Below are positions 1 to 21,236 of a stretch of DNA of 57,739 bases, one piece after another (position 1 is the stretch's first letter; the number at the start of each line of letters is the position of its first letter). Under the pieces are notes generated by a model. It made no database searches and was not told the DNA's origin. It worked only from the letters and a program-made list of their open reading frames with translations. The translations under genes were made by a program, and so were the position numbers. This DNA is from Trueperaceae bacterium (GTDB taxonomy: Bacteria > Deinococcota > Deinococci > Deinococcales > Trueperaceae). The stretch is from positions 1 to 57,739 of the forward strand of contig JAABRV010000001.1 in the NCBI GenBank assembly GCA_011390735.1. Direction: 5' to 3'.

Positions 1-1740
<1,740 letters not shown>

Positions 1741-1745
<5 letters not shown>

Positions 1746-1769
1746 CCCCCGCGGGCGGCGGCGCTAGAC
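1741..1769 (+). promoter_or_regulatory. Candidate promoter for radA (GTGACC-17 nt-TAGACT), overlapping the clpC stop codon
   Basis: Hexamers with 17-nt spacing read directly. The -10 fits the TAnnnT pattern seen at other genes in this window. AGGAG Shine-Dalgarno at 1808-1812 precedes the radA ATG. Confidence 0.3.
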
Positions 1770-1818
1770 TGCGCGCCATGAGGCGTGGCCGCTGCGAGCT
1801 CGGTCCCAGGAGACGACG

Positions 1819-3147
1819 ATGGCGCGGGTGACGACCGTCTACGCCTGCAGCGACTGCGGCGCCCGCAGCCCCGGCCCGCTGGGCCGCTGCCCCCGTTGCG
1901 GCGCCTGGGGCACCGTGGCGCCGCTGGCGCCCGAGGCGACCGAGCGGCGGGCGCCGGCGGCCGTGCCGACGCCCGTGCGGCTCGGCGACCTCAGCGACCT
2001 CGGCGTGGCCCGCGTCCCGAGCGGGCTCGACGAGGTCGACCGCGTGCTGGGCGGCGGCTGGGTGGCGGGCGCGGCGGTGCTGCTGGCGGGCGAGCCGGGC
2101 ATCGGCAAGTCGACGCTGCTGCTGCAGTTGGCCGACGCGGCGGCCCGCGCCGGCCGCCGCACGGTCGTCGTGTGCGGCGAGGAATCGCCGGCGCAGGTCA
2201 AGCTGCGCGCCGGGCGCCTCGGCGTGAGCGGCGACGTCGAGCTGCTGCGCAGCACCGACGCCCACGCCATCGCCGACCACCTCGCGACCGAGGCGCCGGC
2301 GCTGGTGATCGTCGACTCCATCCAGACCCTCACGACCGAGGAGGGCGCCGCCCCCGGCTCGCTCACCCAGGTCCGCGACGCGACCGCCCTGCTGGTCCAG
2401 GCCGCCAAGGCCTCGGGCAGCGCGCTGGTGCTCATCGGGCACGTGACCAAGCAGGGCGCGATCGCCGGACCGAAGGTCGTCGAACACGTCGTGGACGCCA
2501 CCCTCGCGCTGGAGTCGGCGGCCGGCTTCCGCGTCCTGCGGGGGATCAAGAACCGCTTCGGTGCCGCCGGCGAGGTCGGCGTCTTCGAGATGACGAACGG
2601 CGGCCTGCGTCCGGTGGCCAACCCCTCGGACGCGTTCCTGGCGGAACGCCCGCACGGCGTGCCGGGCTCGGTCGTGGTGGCCGCCCTCGAGGGCCAGCGG
2701 GCGCTGCTCGTCGAGGTGCAGGCCCTGGCGTCCGCATCGCCCTACTCGGCGCCGCGACGGGTGGTGCAGGGGCTGGACGCCCGCCGCGTCGACCTGGTGC
2801 TGGCGGTGCTGGAGCGCCGCCTCGACCTGCCCCTCGCCGGGTTGGACGTGTTCGTCAACGTGGCCGGCGGCCTGCGGCTCACCGACCCGGGGGCCGACCT
2901 GGCGGTCGCCGTCGCCGTCGCCTCGGCCGTGACCAACCGGCCCGTGCCCGAGGCGACGGCGGTCTTCGGCGAGGTCGGACTCGCCGGCGAGCTGCGCTCG
3001 GTCGCGCAGGGCGCGCGCCGCGCCGCGGAGGCCGAACGCGCGCGGCACCCGCGGGTCGTGGGGCCGAGCGGGGGCGGCGACGCGGTGACCTGGCACGGCG
3101 CGTCCGACGTCGCGGGCGCCTTCGTGGCGCTCTGGGGCCGGGCGTGA
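1819..3147 (+). CDS. radA: DNA repair protein RadA/Sms
   Basis: N-terminal zinc finger CSDCGARSPGPLGRCPRCGAWG, Walker A GEPGIGKSTLLLQ, KNRFG motif, Lon-protease-like C-terminal domain. AGGAG lies 6 nt upstream of the ATG. Confidence 0.95.
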   Translation: MARVTTVYACSDCGARSPGPLGRCPRCGAWGTVAPLAPEATERRAPAAVPTPVRLGDLSDLGVARVPSGLDEVDRVLGGGWVAGAAVLLAGEPGIGKSTLLLQLADAAARAGRRTVVVCGEESPAQVKLRAGRLGVSGDVELLRSTDAHAIADHLATEAPALVIVDSIQTLTTEEGAAPGSLTQVRDATALLVQAAKASGSALVLIGHVTKQGAIAGPKVVEHVVDATLALESAAGFRVLRGIKNRFGAAGEVGVFEMTNGGLRPVANPSDAFLAERPHGVPGSVVVAALEGQRALLVEVQALASASPYSAPRRVVQGLDARRVDLVLAVLERRLDLPLAGLDVFVNVAGGLRLTDPGADLAVAVAVASAVTNRPVPEATAVFGEVGLAGELRSVAQGARRAAEAERARHPRVVGPSGGGDAVTWHGASDVAGAFVALWGRA

Positions 3148-4241
3148 GGCGCAGCCGCCTGCGGCGCTGGGTGATCGTCGGCCTCACCGTGACGGGCGCC
3201 CTCGGCGGCATCGCGCTGGTGTCGTGGATGCTGCGGCTCGGCTGGCTCGTCGGCCCCAACAACCTCCTCTACCTCTCCACGCTGGGCGCTTTGTTGGGGC
3301 TGCTCGCGGGCCTGCGTCGCGGCCCGGCGATCGCGCGGCGGCTCGACGGCCTCCTCGAACGCGTCGCCGCGGTGCCGCCCGACGCCGTGCTGGCGGCCGG
3401 GACCGGCGCCACCGTCGGGCTGCTGATCACGGTGCTGCTCAACAACGTACTGGCGGTCGTGCCGGGCTTCACCTGGCTGTGGTCGCTGGCGATCGCGGTG
3501 ACGCTGGTCACGGCGTCCGCCTGGTTCCTGGCCGTCAACCGCAGCCTGTTCGCCGGGGCCGGGGCGCGGGCGCCGGGCGTCTTCGACACCCAGATCGGCA
3601 CGGTGCCCGACCGCGGGACGCCGAAGCTCGTGGACACCTCGGCGATCATCGACGGTCGGCTGGTCGAGGTCGCCGAGGCGAACTTCCTCGACGGCCGACT
3701 GCTCGTGCCGCAGTTCGTCCTGCACGAGCTCCAGCGCATCGCGGACGCCGACGACCCGCTCAAGCGGCGGCGCGGTCGCCGGGGCCTGGAGATGCTCGAC
3801 CGGCTCGTCAACCAGGGGCGCGTGCCGACCGAGGTGATCGACGACGACCCGTCGGCCCCCGCCGTCGACGACAAGCTCGTCAAGCTGTGCGTCACCCGCG
3901 GCGCCGACCTGGTGACCACCGACTACAACCTCCACCGGGTCGCCGGCCTGCAGGGGGTGCGGGTGCTCAACCTCCACCAGCTCGCCAACGCGGTCAAGGC
4001 GCCGCACCTCCCCGGCGAGCGGCTCTCGCTCGACATCGCCAAGGAGGGCCGCGAGCCGGGCCAGGGGCTCGCCTACCTCGAGGACGGCACGATGGTCGTG
4101 GTGGAGGGTGCCGCCGGGCGGGTGGGCCGCACGCTGGACGTCGTCGTCACGAGCAGCCTGCAGACCCAGATGGGGCGGATGGTGTTCGCGCGCCTGGCCG
4201 AGCCGGCGCGCCAACCAGGGCCTGCGGGCGACGAGGCTTGA
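3144..4241 (+). CDS. yacL: Membrane-anchored PIN/TRAM domain protein (YacL-like)
   Basis: GTG at 3144 overlaps the radA stop (GTGA). The N-terminus has several hydrophobic helices. PIN region KLVDTSAIIDGR...TTDYNLHRVA, followed by a TRAM-like C-terminus (GERLSLDIAKEGREPGQGLAYLEDGTMVVVEG...). The upstream part of listed ORF 1785..4241 overlaps radA in another frame and was trimmed. Confidence 0.85.
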   Translation: MRRSRLRRWVIVGLTVTGALGGIALVSWMLRLGWLVGPNNLLYLSTLGALLGLLAGLRRGPAIARRLDGLLERVAAVPPDAVLAAGTGATVGLLITVLLNNVLAVVPGFTWLWSLAIAVTLVTASAWFLAVNRSLFAGAGARAPGVFDTQIGTVPDRGTPKLVDTSAIIDGRLVEVAEANFLDGRLLVPQFVLHELQRIADADDPLKRRRGRRGLEMLDRLVNQGRVPTEVIDDDPSAPAVDDKLVKLCVTRGADLVTTDYNLHRVAGLQGVRVLNLHQLANAVKAPHLPGERLSLDIAKEGREPGQGLAYLEDGTMVVVEGAAGRVGRTLDVVVTSSLQTQMGRMVFARLAEPARQPGPAGDEA

Positions 4242-4266
4242 CGCCCCTGTGAGGCGCGCGTAACCT
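4238..4266 (+). promoter_or_regulatory. Candidate promoter for tRNA-Ala (TTGACG-17 nt-TAACCT)
   Basis: The -35 overlaps the yacL stop codon. The -10 ends 14 nt before the mature tRNA 5' end. Confidence 0.4.
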
Positions 4267-4280
4267 GACGCGTGTCACGA

Positions 4281-4356
4281 GGGGCCTTAGCTCAGCTGGG
4301 AGAGCGGTCGCTTTGCAAGCGATAGGTCGCCGGTTCGAGTCCGGCAGGCTCCACCA
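4281..4356 (+). tRNA. tRNA-Ala (anticodon UGC), CCA encoded
   Basis: Cloverleaf read by eye. Acceptor stem GGGGCCT/AGGCTCC carries the G3:U70 alanine identity pair. D-arm is TAGCTCAGCTGGGAGAGC, anticodon loop TTTGCAA, T-arm GCCGGTTCGAGTCCGGC, then ACCA. Confidence 0.97.
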
Positions 4357-4400
4357 TGGGTCGCGCCACGGCGCGCGAGCGGACCTGGCGGTCCGAGCAC

Positions 4401-4432
4401 GAGGGGTCCGAGCCCGAGCGGCCGGACCCCTC
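4401..4432 (+). terminator. Perfect 10-bp stem / 12-nt loop hairpin downstream of tRNA-Ala
   Basis: GAGGGGTCCG (4401-4410) pairs with CGGACCCCTC (4423-4432). No U-tract follows, so terminator function is inferred only. Confidence 0.35.
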
Positions 4433-4512
4433 CGCCTCTCTGCGGGTCCGCCGGTCTCGGCACCCCGCGGCGCCTCGGGACGAATGTCCCGCCGGGGCGT
4501 TCGGAGAGCCCG

Positions 4513-4521
4513 TGGTATCGT
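4513..4521 (+). promoter_or_regulatory. Candidate extended -10 element (TGGTATCGT) for the act operon
   Basis: Same TGnTATCGT form as the element upstream of proA. It would give a leader of about 190 nt. No convincing -35 was seen. Confidence 0.3.
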
Positions 4522-4719
4522 CCTGGACACGTCCGCGTGCCGCTTCGACGCCGCGCGCCGGACATGCTGCCCGCCCCGCGAGCGGGGCGCCGGATCCGCG
4601 AGGAGGTCCCTTCTGCCCACCTTCCTGAGGCCTGCTCCGGTGTCGTCGTGCCGACGCCGATGCCCCGCCGCCGCCACCGCGCGCCACCCCCGCGCGCCCG
4701 CCCACGAGGTCCCGGACTG

Positions 4720-5369
4720 ATGCCGCAGATCTTCCCGCCCAATGCCAACGCGTTCGTCCGCTGGGCGCTCATCGGTGGCGGCCTGTTCGTGGGCCTGTTG
4801 GCCCTCGCGCTGCCGATCTACGCTCGCACCGTCAACAACGCGGTGGGCGTCCCCGTCGCCCAGCCCGTCGACTTCCCGCACAACCTGCACACCGCGCAGC
4901 TCGGCATCGACTGCCGCTTCTGCCACACCTCGGTCGAGGTCGCCGCCTCCGCCAACGTGCCCGCCACCGAGACCTGCATGGGCTGCCACTCGCAGATCCG
5001 CGTCGGCGACCCGATGCTCGCCGGCGTCGCCGCGAGCTGGGAGAGCGGCCTGCCGCTGGAATGGAACCGCGTGCACGACGTGGCCGATTACGTCTACTTC
5101 GACCACAGCGCCCACATCAACAACGGCGTCGGCTGCAGCACCTGCCATGGCCGCGTCGACCAGATGACGGAGATCTGGAAGGAAGCGCCGATGACCATGG
5201 GCTGGTGCCTGGAGTGCCACCGGGCGCCCGAGCGCTTCGTGCGCCCCCGCAGCGAGGTGTTCAACATGGCCTACGTCCCGCCGGCCGACCAGCTGACCCT
5301 CGGGGCCGAGCTCGTCGCCAGCTACCACATCGACACCGACAAGCTCCCGCAGTGCTCGACGTGCCACCG

Positions 5370-5373
<4 letters not shown>
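4720..5373 (+). CDS. actA: Alternative Complex III subunit ActA, pentaheme cytochrome c
   Basis: N-terminal TM helix (FVRWALIGGGLFVGLLALAL) and five CxxCH motifs (CRFCH, CMGCH, CSTCH, CLECH, CSTCH). The upstream part of the listed ORF from 4537 is Arg/Pro-rich and non-protein-like, so the start is set at ATG 4720. Confidence 0.9.
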
Positions 5374-9882
<4,509 letters not shown>

Positions 9883-9886
<4 letters not shown>

Positions 9887-10434
9887 CCACCGCCACCGCC
9901 GGCGCGGCCGCCCCCTTCGGCCTGATCGCCGAGTACGACACCCCGGAGCAGGTGCTCGTCGCCGCCGAGGCCGCGCGCAAGGCCGGCTACACGCGCATGG
10001 ACGCCTACACCCCACACCCCGTCGAAGGGATGGACGATGCCCTCGGGCTCGCGCCGACCAACCTCGGTTTCGTGGTGCTGGCGATGGGCCTGTTCGGCGC
10101 GGCCGCCGGCTACTTCCTGCAGTGGTACTCGGCGACCGTCTTCTACCCGCTGAACATCGGTGGCCGCCCGCTCCACGACTGGCCCACCTACGTCGTCATC
10201 ACCTTCGAGGTCACCGTGCTCCTCGCGGCGTTCACGGCCGGGCTCTTCATGCTCGCCCGCAACGGCCTGCCGCGGCCGTACCACCCCGTCTTCAACACGC
10301 CGGGCTTCGAGCGCGCGACCCGCGACGGCTACTACCTGTGCATCGAGGCCGTCGATCCGCGCTTCGACGAGACCGAGGTCCGCGGCTTCCTCGAGGGCAC
10401 CCAGCCCGTCAGCGTGCACCGGGTGGCGCCATGA
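9883..10434 (+). CDS. actD: ACIII subunit ActD (DUF3341-type)
   Basis: ATGA overlap with actC. N-terminal soluble part FGLIAEYDTPEQVLVAAEAARKAGYTRMDAYTPHP, followed by two TM helices. Confidence 0.85.
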
Positions 10435-11024
10435 CCCGGGCGTTTGGATTCCGCGTGGCCACGCTGTTGGCGATCGTCCTCCTGCTCGCCGGCTGCGGCC
10501 GCAACATGGTGGATCAGCCGAACCTGCGCCCGCTGCAGGGCTCCGAGTTCTTCGCCGACGGCGCCGGCATGCGCCCGCCGCTGGAGGGCACCGTGTCGCG
10601 CCGCGAGGGCGCGGTGGATCCGGTGTTCCTGACGGGTCAGGGTGCGGGCGGGCTCGTCACGGAGCTGCCCGTCGAGCTGACGCTGGAGCTGCTGCAGCGC
10701 GGGCAGGAGCGCTACGACATCTTCTGTTCCGTGTGCCACGGGCACACCGGCGCCGGCGACGGCATGATCGTCAGCCGCGGCTTCCCGGCGCCGACCTCGT
10801 TCCACGACCAGCGGCTGCTCGACGCCTCGGTCGGCTACTACTTCAGCGCGATGACCAACGGCTTCGGTCGCATGTACAGCTACGCCTCGCGCATCTCGCC
10901 CGAGGACCGCTGGGCGATCGCGGGGTACGTCAAGGCGCTGCAGCTGTCGCAGAACGCCACCCTCGACGACGTGCCCACGGACGTCCGCCTCGAACTCGAG
11001 AACAGCGAAGGACGGGTCCGCTGA
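10431..11024 (+). CDS. actE: ACIII subunit ActE, monoheme cytochrome c lipoprotein
   Basis: ATGA overlap with actD. Lipobox LLLAGC. Single CSVCH heme motif. Confidence 0.85.
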   Translation: MTRAFGFRVATLLAIVLLLAGCGRNMVDQPNLRPLQGSEFFADGAGMRPPLEGTVSRREGAVDPVFLTGQGAGGLVTELPVELTLELLQRGQERYDIFCSVCHGHTGAGDGMIVSRGFPAPTSFHDQRLLDASVGYYFSAMTNGFGRMYSYASRISPEDRWAIAGYVKALQLSQNATLDDVPTDVRLELENSEGRVR

Positions 11025-12247
11025 TGGCCGCCGCCCCCACCACCATCGCCACCGCCCGCCCCGCCGTCATCGCGCTCGCGCTCGGCGTGGTCGGCCTCGC
11101 CGCCGGCCTGGCCGGCACCCTCGGCAACGGCGGCCTGCCCGGCGCCGTCCTGATGGGCTTCGTGTTCTGGGTCGGCCTGTCGGTCGGCGGCCTCGGCCTG
11201 CTGCTCATCGACCACATGGCCGGCGGCAGCTGGGGCGCCGTCGTCCGGCGCCCGCTCGAGGCCATGGTCTCGGCGCTCCCGGTCGCGCTGCTCTTCTTCC
11301 TGCCGATCGCCTTCTTCATCCCGCAGCTCTACCCGTGGGCGGACGCCGCCTACGTCGAGGCGCACAAGCTGGTGGCCTGGAAGGCCGGCTACCTCAACGC
11401 CACCTGGTACGTGCTCCGGTCGGTGATCTACTTCGCGCTGTGGCTGCTGGCCGCCTGGATCTACCTGCGCGGCGCGCGCGAGCAGGACGCCGCCGACCTC
11501 GGTCGCGCCGGCCTCATCGGCTACCGCCTGAAGGCCACCGCCGCCGTGTGGTTGGTCGTGTACGTGCTGACGATGACCCTCGCGGTGACGGATTGGACGA
11601 TGTCGCTGACCCCCGAGTGGTGGTCGGGCATCTATGGGCTCATCTTCATGATCGGCCAGACGATCGCCGCCATGTCGCTGGTCATCCTGACCATGGTGTG
11701 GCTGGCCCGCCGCAGCCCGCGCGTCGACGGCCTGCTCACCGAGAAGCGCCTGCAGGACCTCGGCAACTTCCTCATGGCGTTCATCATGTTCTGGGCCTAC
11801 GTCAACGTCAGCCAGCTGATCATCCAGTGGACCAACAACGTCGTCGAGACCAACACCTTCTACGTGCTGCGGCTGTACGAGCAGCCGTGGCAGGGCCTCG
11901 GCGTCTACCTGCTGGTGGCCGGCTTCTTCCTGCCCTTCCTCATCCTCTTCTCGCGCTGGGTGAAGCGTGGCCGGGCCGTCCTGGCCTTCATGGCCGGCTG
12001 GGCGCTGCTCAACCAGGCGCTGCACGTCTACTGGTACGTCGCCCCCGAGATCGGTCGCGCCGGCCTGCCTGGCTTCGGCGACGTCGCGATCTTCCTCGGC
12101 CTCGGCGGTATCTGGTTCGCCGCCTTCCTGCGCAGCCTCGGCGCCCGCTCGGTGGTGCCGGAACGCGATCCCAGGCTGCTGGCGGCGGAGCACGCCCACC
12201 ACGCGACCGAGCCTCACGCTGCCGGACCGGAGGTCCGCCATGTCTGA
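11024..12247 (+). CDS. actF: ACIII subunit ActF (second NrfD-like membrane subunit)
   Basis: TGATG junction with actE. Polytopic membrane protein in the canonical sixth position. Confidence 0.85.
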   Translation: MAAAPTTIATARPAVIALALGVVGLAAGLAGTLGNGGLPGAVLMGFVFWVGLSVGGLGLLLIDHMAGGSWGAVVRRPLEAMVSALPVALLFFLPIAFFIPQLYPWADAAYVEAHKLVAWKAGYLNATWYVLRSVIYFALWLLAAWIYLRGAREQDAADLGRAGLIGYRLKATAAVWLVVYVLTMTLAVTDWTMSLTPEWWSGIYGLIFMIGQTIAAMSLVILTMVWLARRSPRVDGLLTEKRLQDLGNFLMAFIMFWAYVNVSQLIIQWTNNVVETNTFYVLRLYEQPWQGLGVYLLVAGFFLPFLILFSRWVKRGRAVLAFMAGWALLNQALHVYWYVAPEIGRAGLPGFGDVAIFLGLGGIWFAAFLRSLGARSVVPERDPRLLAAEHAHHATEPHAAGPEVRHV

Positions 12248-13016
12248 CCGCCCCAACCCCCGCTACCTGGTGTCGAGCGAGCAGGTGCGCGGCGCCTACT
12301 TCCTCGGCGGCATCGGCGCCGTCGCCCTGATCCTGGGCGTGCTGCTGCTCGCCAGCGCCCGCCCGCAGGGCAACCCCGTGACCGTCGACGACACCCAGTA
12401 CCAGAGCCAGCTGCAGGCGGCCGAGGCCGATCTCACCGGCTTCGAGCTGATCGGCGACGGCGCCCGCATCGACATCGACCACGCGATGCAGCTCGTCGTC
12501 GAACGCGGCGTCGACCTGCCGCTCTACGCGGGCGGCGCGGCCCCGGTGGCCGCATCCGACACCACGGCCGCGCCTGCGGCCCCCGCGGACGCGGATGCCG
12601 AGGTCCTCGCGCAGGCCGACGTCGACGGCGCCGCGCTCTACACCCAGCACTGCATGGCCTGCCACCAGGCGACCGGCGCCGGCATCCCCGGCGCGTTCCC
12701 GCCGATCGCGAACCACGTGGGCGAACTCGTCGCCGCGGACCGCGCCTACCCCGCGAAGCTCGTGTTGTTCGGCATGATGGGCGCGATCGAGGTGCAGGGC
12801 ACGACCTACAACGGCGTCATGCCCGGCCTGGCGGCCGTCCTCTCCGACGCGGACGTCGCCGGCATCCTCAACCACGTGCTGACGGCCTGGGACGACGTCG
12901 AGGTCCTCGGCGACGCGTTCGAGCCCTACGCCGCCGAGGAGGTCGCCGAGTGGCGCGCCACGGCGCTGCAGATGACCGACGTGTACGCGCTCCGGCAGGA
13001 GCTCGGGATCCCCTGA
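12240..13016 (+). CDS. Membrane-anchored class I monoheme cytochrome c, seventh gene of the act operon
   Basis: The ATG overlaps the actF 3' end by 8 nt. One TM helix (AYFLGGIGAVALILGVLLLA), a linker, then CMACH with a distal MPG methionine-ligand region. Confidence 0.8.
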   Translation: MSDRPNPRYLVSSEQVRGAYFLGGIGAVALILGVLLLASARPQGNPVTVDDTQYQSQLQAAEADLTGFELIGDGARIDIDHAMQLVVERGVDLPLYAGGAAPVAASDTTAAPAAPADADAEVLAQADVDGAALYTQHCMACHQATGAGIPGAFPPIANHVGELVAADRAYPAKLVLFGMMGAIEVQGTTYNGVMPGLAAVLSDADVAGILNHVLTAWDDVEVLGDAFEPYAAEEVAEWRATALQMTDVYALRQELGIP

Positions 13017-13060
13017 CGGCCCCACCGGCCCCGCGGCCGGCCCCCACCACGAACGACGAC

Positions 13061-13090
13061 GATCGGGCGGCCCCGTGGGGCCGCCCGATC
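13061..13090 (+). terminator. Strong GC hairpin (13-bp stem, tetraloop) ending the act operon
   Basis: GATCGGGCGGCCC-CGTG-GGGCCGCCCGATC is a perfect palindrome. It lies 45 nt after the cytochrome c stop and is followed by CCTTGCTC. Confidence 0.6.
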
Positions 13091-13219
13091 CCTTGCTCGC
13101 GGGACCACGCCGCTCCCTCACGCAAGCCCGCGACGACGCGCGGTAGGCTGACGGGGTCGCGAGGAAACCAGCCGCAGGAACCGTTCCAGGCGCCCCAAGG
13201 CCGCTCCCCGGAGGCAACC

Positions 13220-16647
<3,428 letters not shown>

Positions 16648-16651
<4 letters not shown>

Positions 16652-17628
16652 CGGACGACGGGCCGGCCGGCCGGGTCTTCGTGACCCGGCCGCTGCCGGC
16701 GGCGTGGCTGGCGCCGCTGCGCGACGCGGGCCTGACGGTCGACGTGCACGAGGCGGAGGACCCGCTTGCGACGGCCGAGCTGCACGCGCGGGTCGCGGGG
16801 GCCGCCGCATTGTGGGTGCAGTTGACCGATCGGGTCGACGCGGCCCTGCTCGACGCCGCAGGCCCCGGGCTGCGGGCGGTGGCCACCTACTCCGTCGGGA
16901 CGAACCACATCGACGCGACGGCCTGCAGGGAGCGCGGTGTCGTGGTGATCCACACCCCCGACGTCCTGACCGACGCCACCGCCGACCTGACGCTGGCGCT
17001 GCTGCTGGCGGCCGCGCGCCGCCTCCCGGAGGGGCAGCGGCTCGTGGCGTCGGGCGGCTGGCGCGGCTGGGCGGCGACGCAGCTGCTCGGCATGGAGCTG
17101 CGGGGCCGCACCCTGGGGGTCGTCGGGCTGGGCCGCATCGGTTCGGCGGTCGCGGCCCGCGCGCGGGCGTTCGGCATGCGCATCGCCTACCACCAGCGCC
17201 ACCCGCGGCCGGAGGCGGCGGCGCCGCTGGAGGCGGACTTCGTCGACGACCTCGACCGCCTGCTGGCGACCAGCGACGTCGTGACGCTGCACCTCCCCCT
17301 CACGCCAGCGACGCGCCACCTGCTCGACGCGCGGCGCCTGGCGCTGCTGCCGGCGCATGCGCTGCTGATCAACGCCGCCCGCGGCCCCCTGGTGGACGAG
17401 GGCGCGCTGGTGGCGGCGCTGCGCGAGGGGCGCCTCGCGGGCGCCGGCCTGGACGTCTACGAGGAGGAGCCCCGGGTGCACCCGGGGCTCCTGGAGCTGC
17501 CGAACGTCGTCCTCGCGCCCCACCTGGGGTCGGCGACCGACACGACCCGCCGGGCGATGGCGGAACTGTGCAGTGCGGGCATCCTCACGGCGCTGGCGGG
17601 GGGGCGGCCGGCGAACGCGCTGGCCTGA
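16648..17628 (+). CDS. D-isomer-specific 2-hydroxyacid dehydrogenase (glyoxylate/hydroxypyruvate reductase-like)
   Basis: ATGA overlap with the pulA stop. NAD fold GVVGLGRIGSAVA. Catalytic region NAARGPLVDE...APHLGSAT. Confidence 0.85.
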
Positions 17629-17639
17629 CCCGCTCGCGC

Positions 17640-19744
<2,105 letters not shown>

Positions 19745-19849
19745 ACCAGGAGACCCGTCCTGGACGCTTCTCGAGACACTTGATCCGGCACCGTTCGCGG
19801 GGCCGGGCCGGTGCCCCGCGCCGGCGCGTCGCGGCGGGTCCGCCGCGGC

Positions 19850-21148
19850 TCAGCCGCGGACCTGCCCGTCGCCGTCGACCAGGTGCTTGACCGTGACCAG
19901 GGCGCGCAGCCCCAGCGGACCGCGGGCGTGCAGCTTCTGCGTGCTGATGCCGATCTCCGCCCCGTAACCGAACTCGAAACCGTCGGTGAAGCGGGTGCTC
20001 GCGTTGACGTAGACGACGGCGGCGTCGACCTCCGCCTGGAAGCGCCGGCCCGCGGCGCGCGAGCGCGTGACGATCGCCTCGGAGTGCTGCGAGCCGTAGC
20101 GGTGCACGTGCGCAATGGCGTCGTCGAGGCCGTCGACCACGCGCACGGCGAGTTCGGGGCCGAGGTACTCGGTCGCCCAGTCCTCCTCGGTCGCCGCGTG
20201 GATGCCCTCGCTCAGGCCGGCGGCGGCGAGGATCTCGCGGCCGCGGTCACACGCGTGCAGGCTCACGCCGTGCTGGCGCAGGGCGCGGGCCGCCGGCGGT
20301 AACCAGTCCCCCGCGGCGTCGCGGTGGACCAGCAGGGTCTCGAGGGCGTTGCAGACGCCGGGACGCCGCACCTTGCCGTCGAGCAGCAGCGCGAGCGCCA
20401 TGTCGCGGTCGCCGTCGTCGTGAAGGTAGAGGTGGCAGTTGCCGACGCCGGTCTCGATGACCGGCACGCGCGCGGTCTCCACCACGTGGCGGATGAGGCC
20501 GGCGCCGCCACGCGGGATGACGAGGTCGACCCGGCCGCGCGCCTGGAGCAGCTCGGTGACGCGGGCGCGGTCGGGGTCGTCGATCAGGGTCAGGGCGTCG
20601 ACCGCCTCCGGCGGCATGCCCGGGGCGGACGCCAGCGCGCCGCGCATGCTGGCCACCAGCGCCCGGTTCGACGCCAGGGCGTCGGCCGAACCGCGCAGGA
20701 CGACGGCCGAGCCGGCGCGGAAGGCGAGGGCGAAGGCGTCGACCGTCACGTTGGGCCGCGACTCGTACACCATGCCGATGACGCCGAAGGGCACCGTCAC
20801 CGAGCGGACCTCGAGGCCGTTCGGCAGGCGCCACCCCTCGAGCACCCGGCCCACCGGATCGGGGAGGTCGGCGACCTGGACGACGGCGTCGGCGATGGCC
20901 GCCAGCCGCTCCGGCGAGAGGGCCAACCGGTCGACCAGCGCGGGCGCGACACCGGCGTCGCGGGCGCGCGCCACGTCTTCCCCGTTCGCGGCGAAAATCC
21001 CGGCCGCGTCGCGACGCAGGGCGTCGGCGACCCGCTGCAGGGCCGCGGGGCGATCGAGCGCCGGCAGCCGGCGCGCGGCGACGCGGGCGCGCCGCAGCGC
21101 GGCGTCGAGATCGAAGGGGGCGGTGGCGGGGCCGACGGCGGAGGCCAT
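19850..21148 (-). CDS. proA: Gamma-glutamyl phosphate reductase
   Basis: Aldehyde dehydrogenase-type ProA sequence (ANGEDVARA..., VIGMVYESRPNVT, catalytic NCH in GVGNCHLY, NASTRFTDGFEFG). Start set at ATG 21148; the upstream part of the listed ORF is Ser/Ala/Arg-rich junk. Confidence 0.93.
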   Translation of the reverse strand: MASAVGPATAPFDLDAALRRARVAARRLPALDRPAALQRVADALRRDAAGIFAANGEDVARARDAGVAPALVDRLALSPERLAAIADAVVQVADLPDPVGRVLEGWRLPNGLEVRSVTVPFGVIGMVYESRPNVTVDAFALAFRAGSAVVLRGSADALASNRALVASMRGALASAPGMPPEAVDALTLIDDPDRARVTELLQARGRVDLVIPRGGAGLIRHVVETARVPVIETGVGNCHLYLHDDGDRDMALALLLDGKVRRPGVCNALETLLVHRDAAGDWLPPAARALRQHGVSLHACDRGREILAAAGLSEGIHAATEEDWATEYLGPELAVRVVDGLDDAIAHVHRYGSQHSEAIVTRSRAAGRRFQAEVDAAVVYVNASTRFTDGFEFGYGAEIGISTQKLHARGPLGLRALVTVKHLVDGDGQVRG

Positions 21149-21154
21149 GGCGCG

Positions 21155-21163
21155 ACGATAGCA
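21155..21163 (-). promoter_or_regulatory. Extended -10 (TGCTATCGT) 6 nt upstream of the proA ATG; leaderless mRNA candidate
   Basis: The minus strand reads TGCTATCGT-cgcgcc-ATG. No Shine-Dalgarno is present. Confidence 0.4.
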
Positions 21164-21236
21164 TGGGCCCAGACGCGCTCCAGGACGCGTCCGGCCCGTC
21201 CCGGCGCGTTCGCGGGGGGCCACCGAGGAGGTCGGC

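Noticed and set aside
4281-4719. tRNA-Ala as an integration site for a mobile element
   Set aside because: I saw no integrase or excisionase and no repeat of the tRNA 3' end downstream. The flanking genes are core (respiratory complex, DNA repair).
4313-4720. ORFs 4313..4720, 4356..4628 and the 4537 start of the actA frame, all in the tRNA-actA spacer
   Set aside because: One overlaps the tRNA. All are Arg/Pro/Ala-rich without an SD or -10 geometry. The actA product only looks like a protein from ATG 4720 (TM helix followed by heme motifs).
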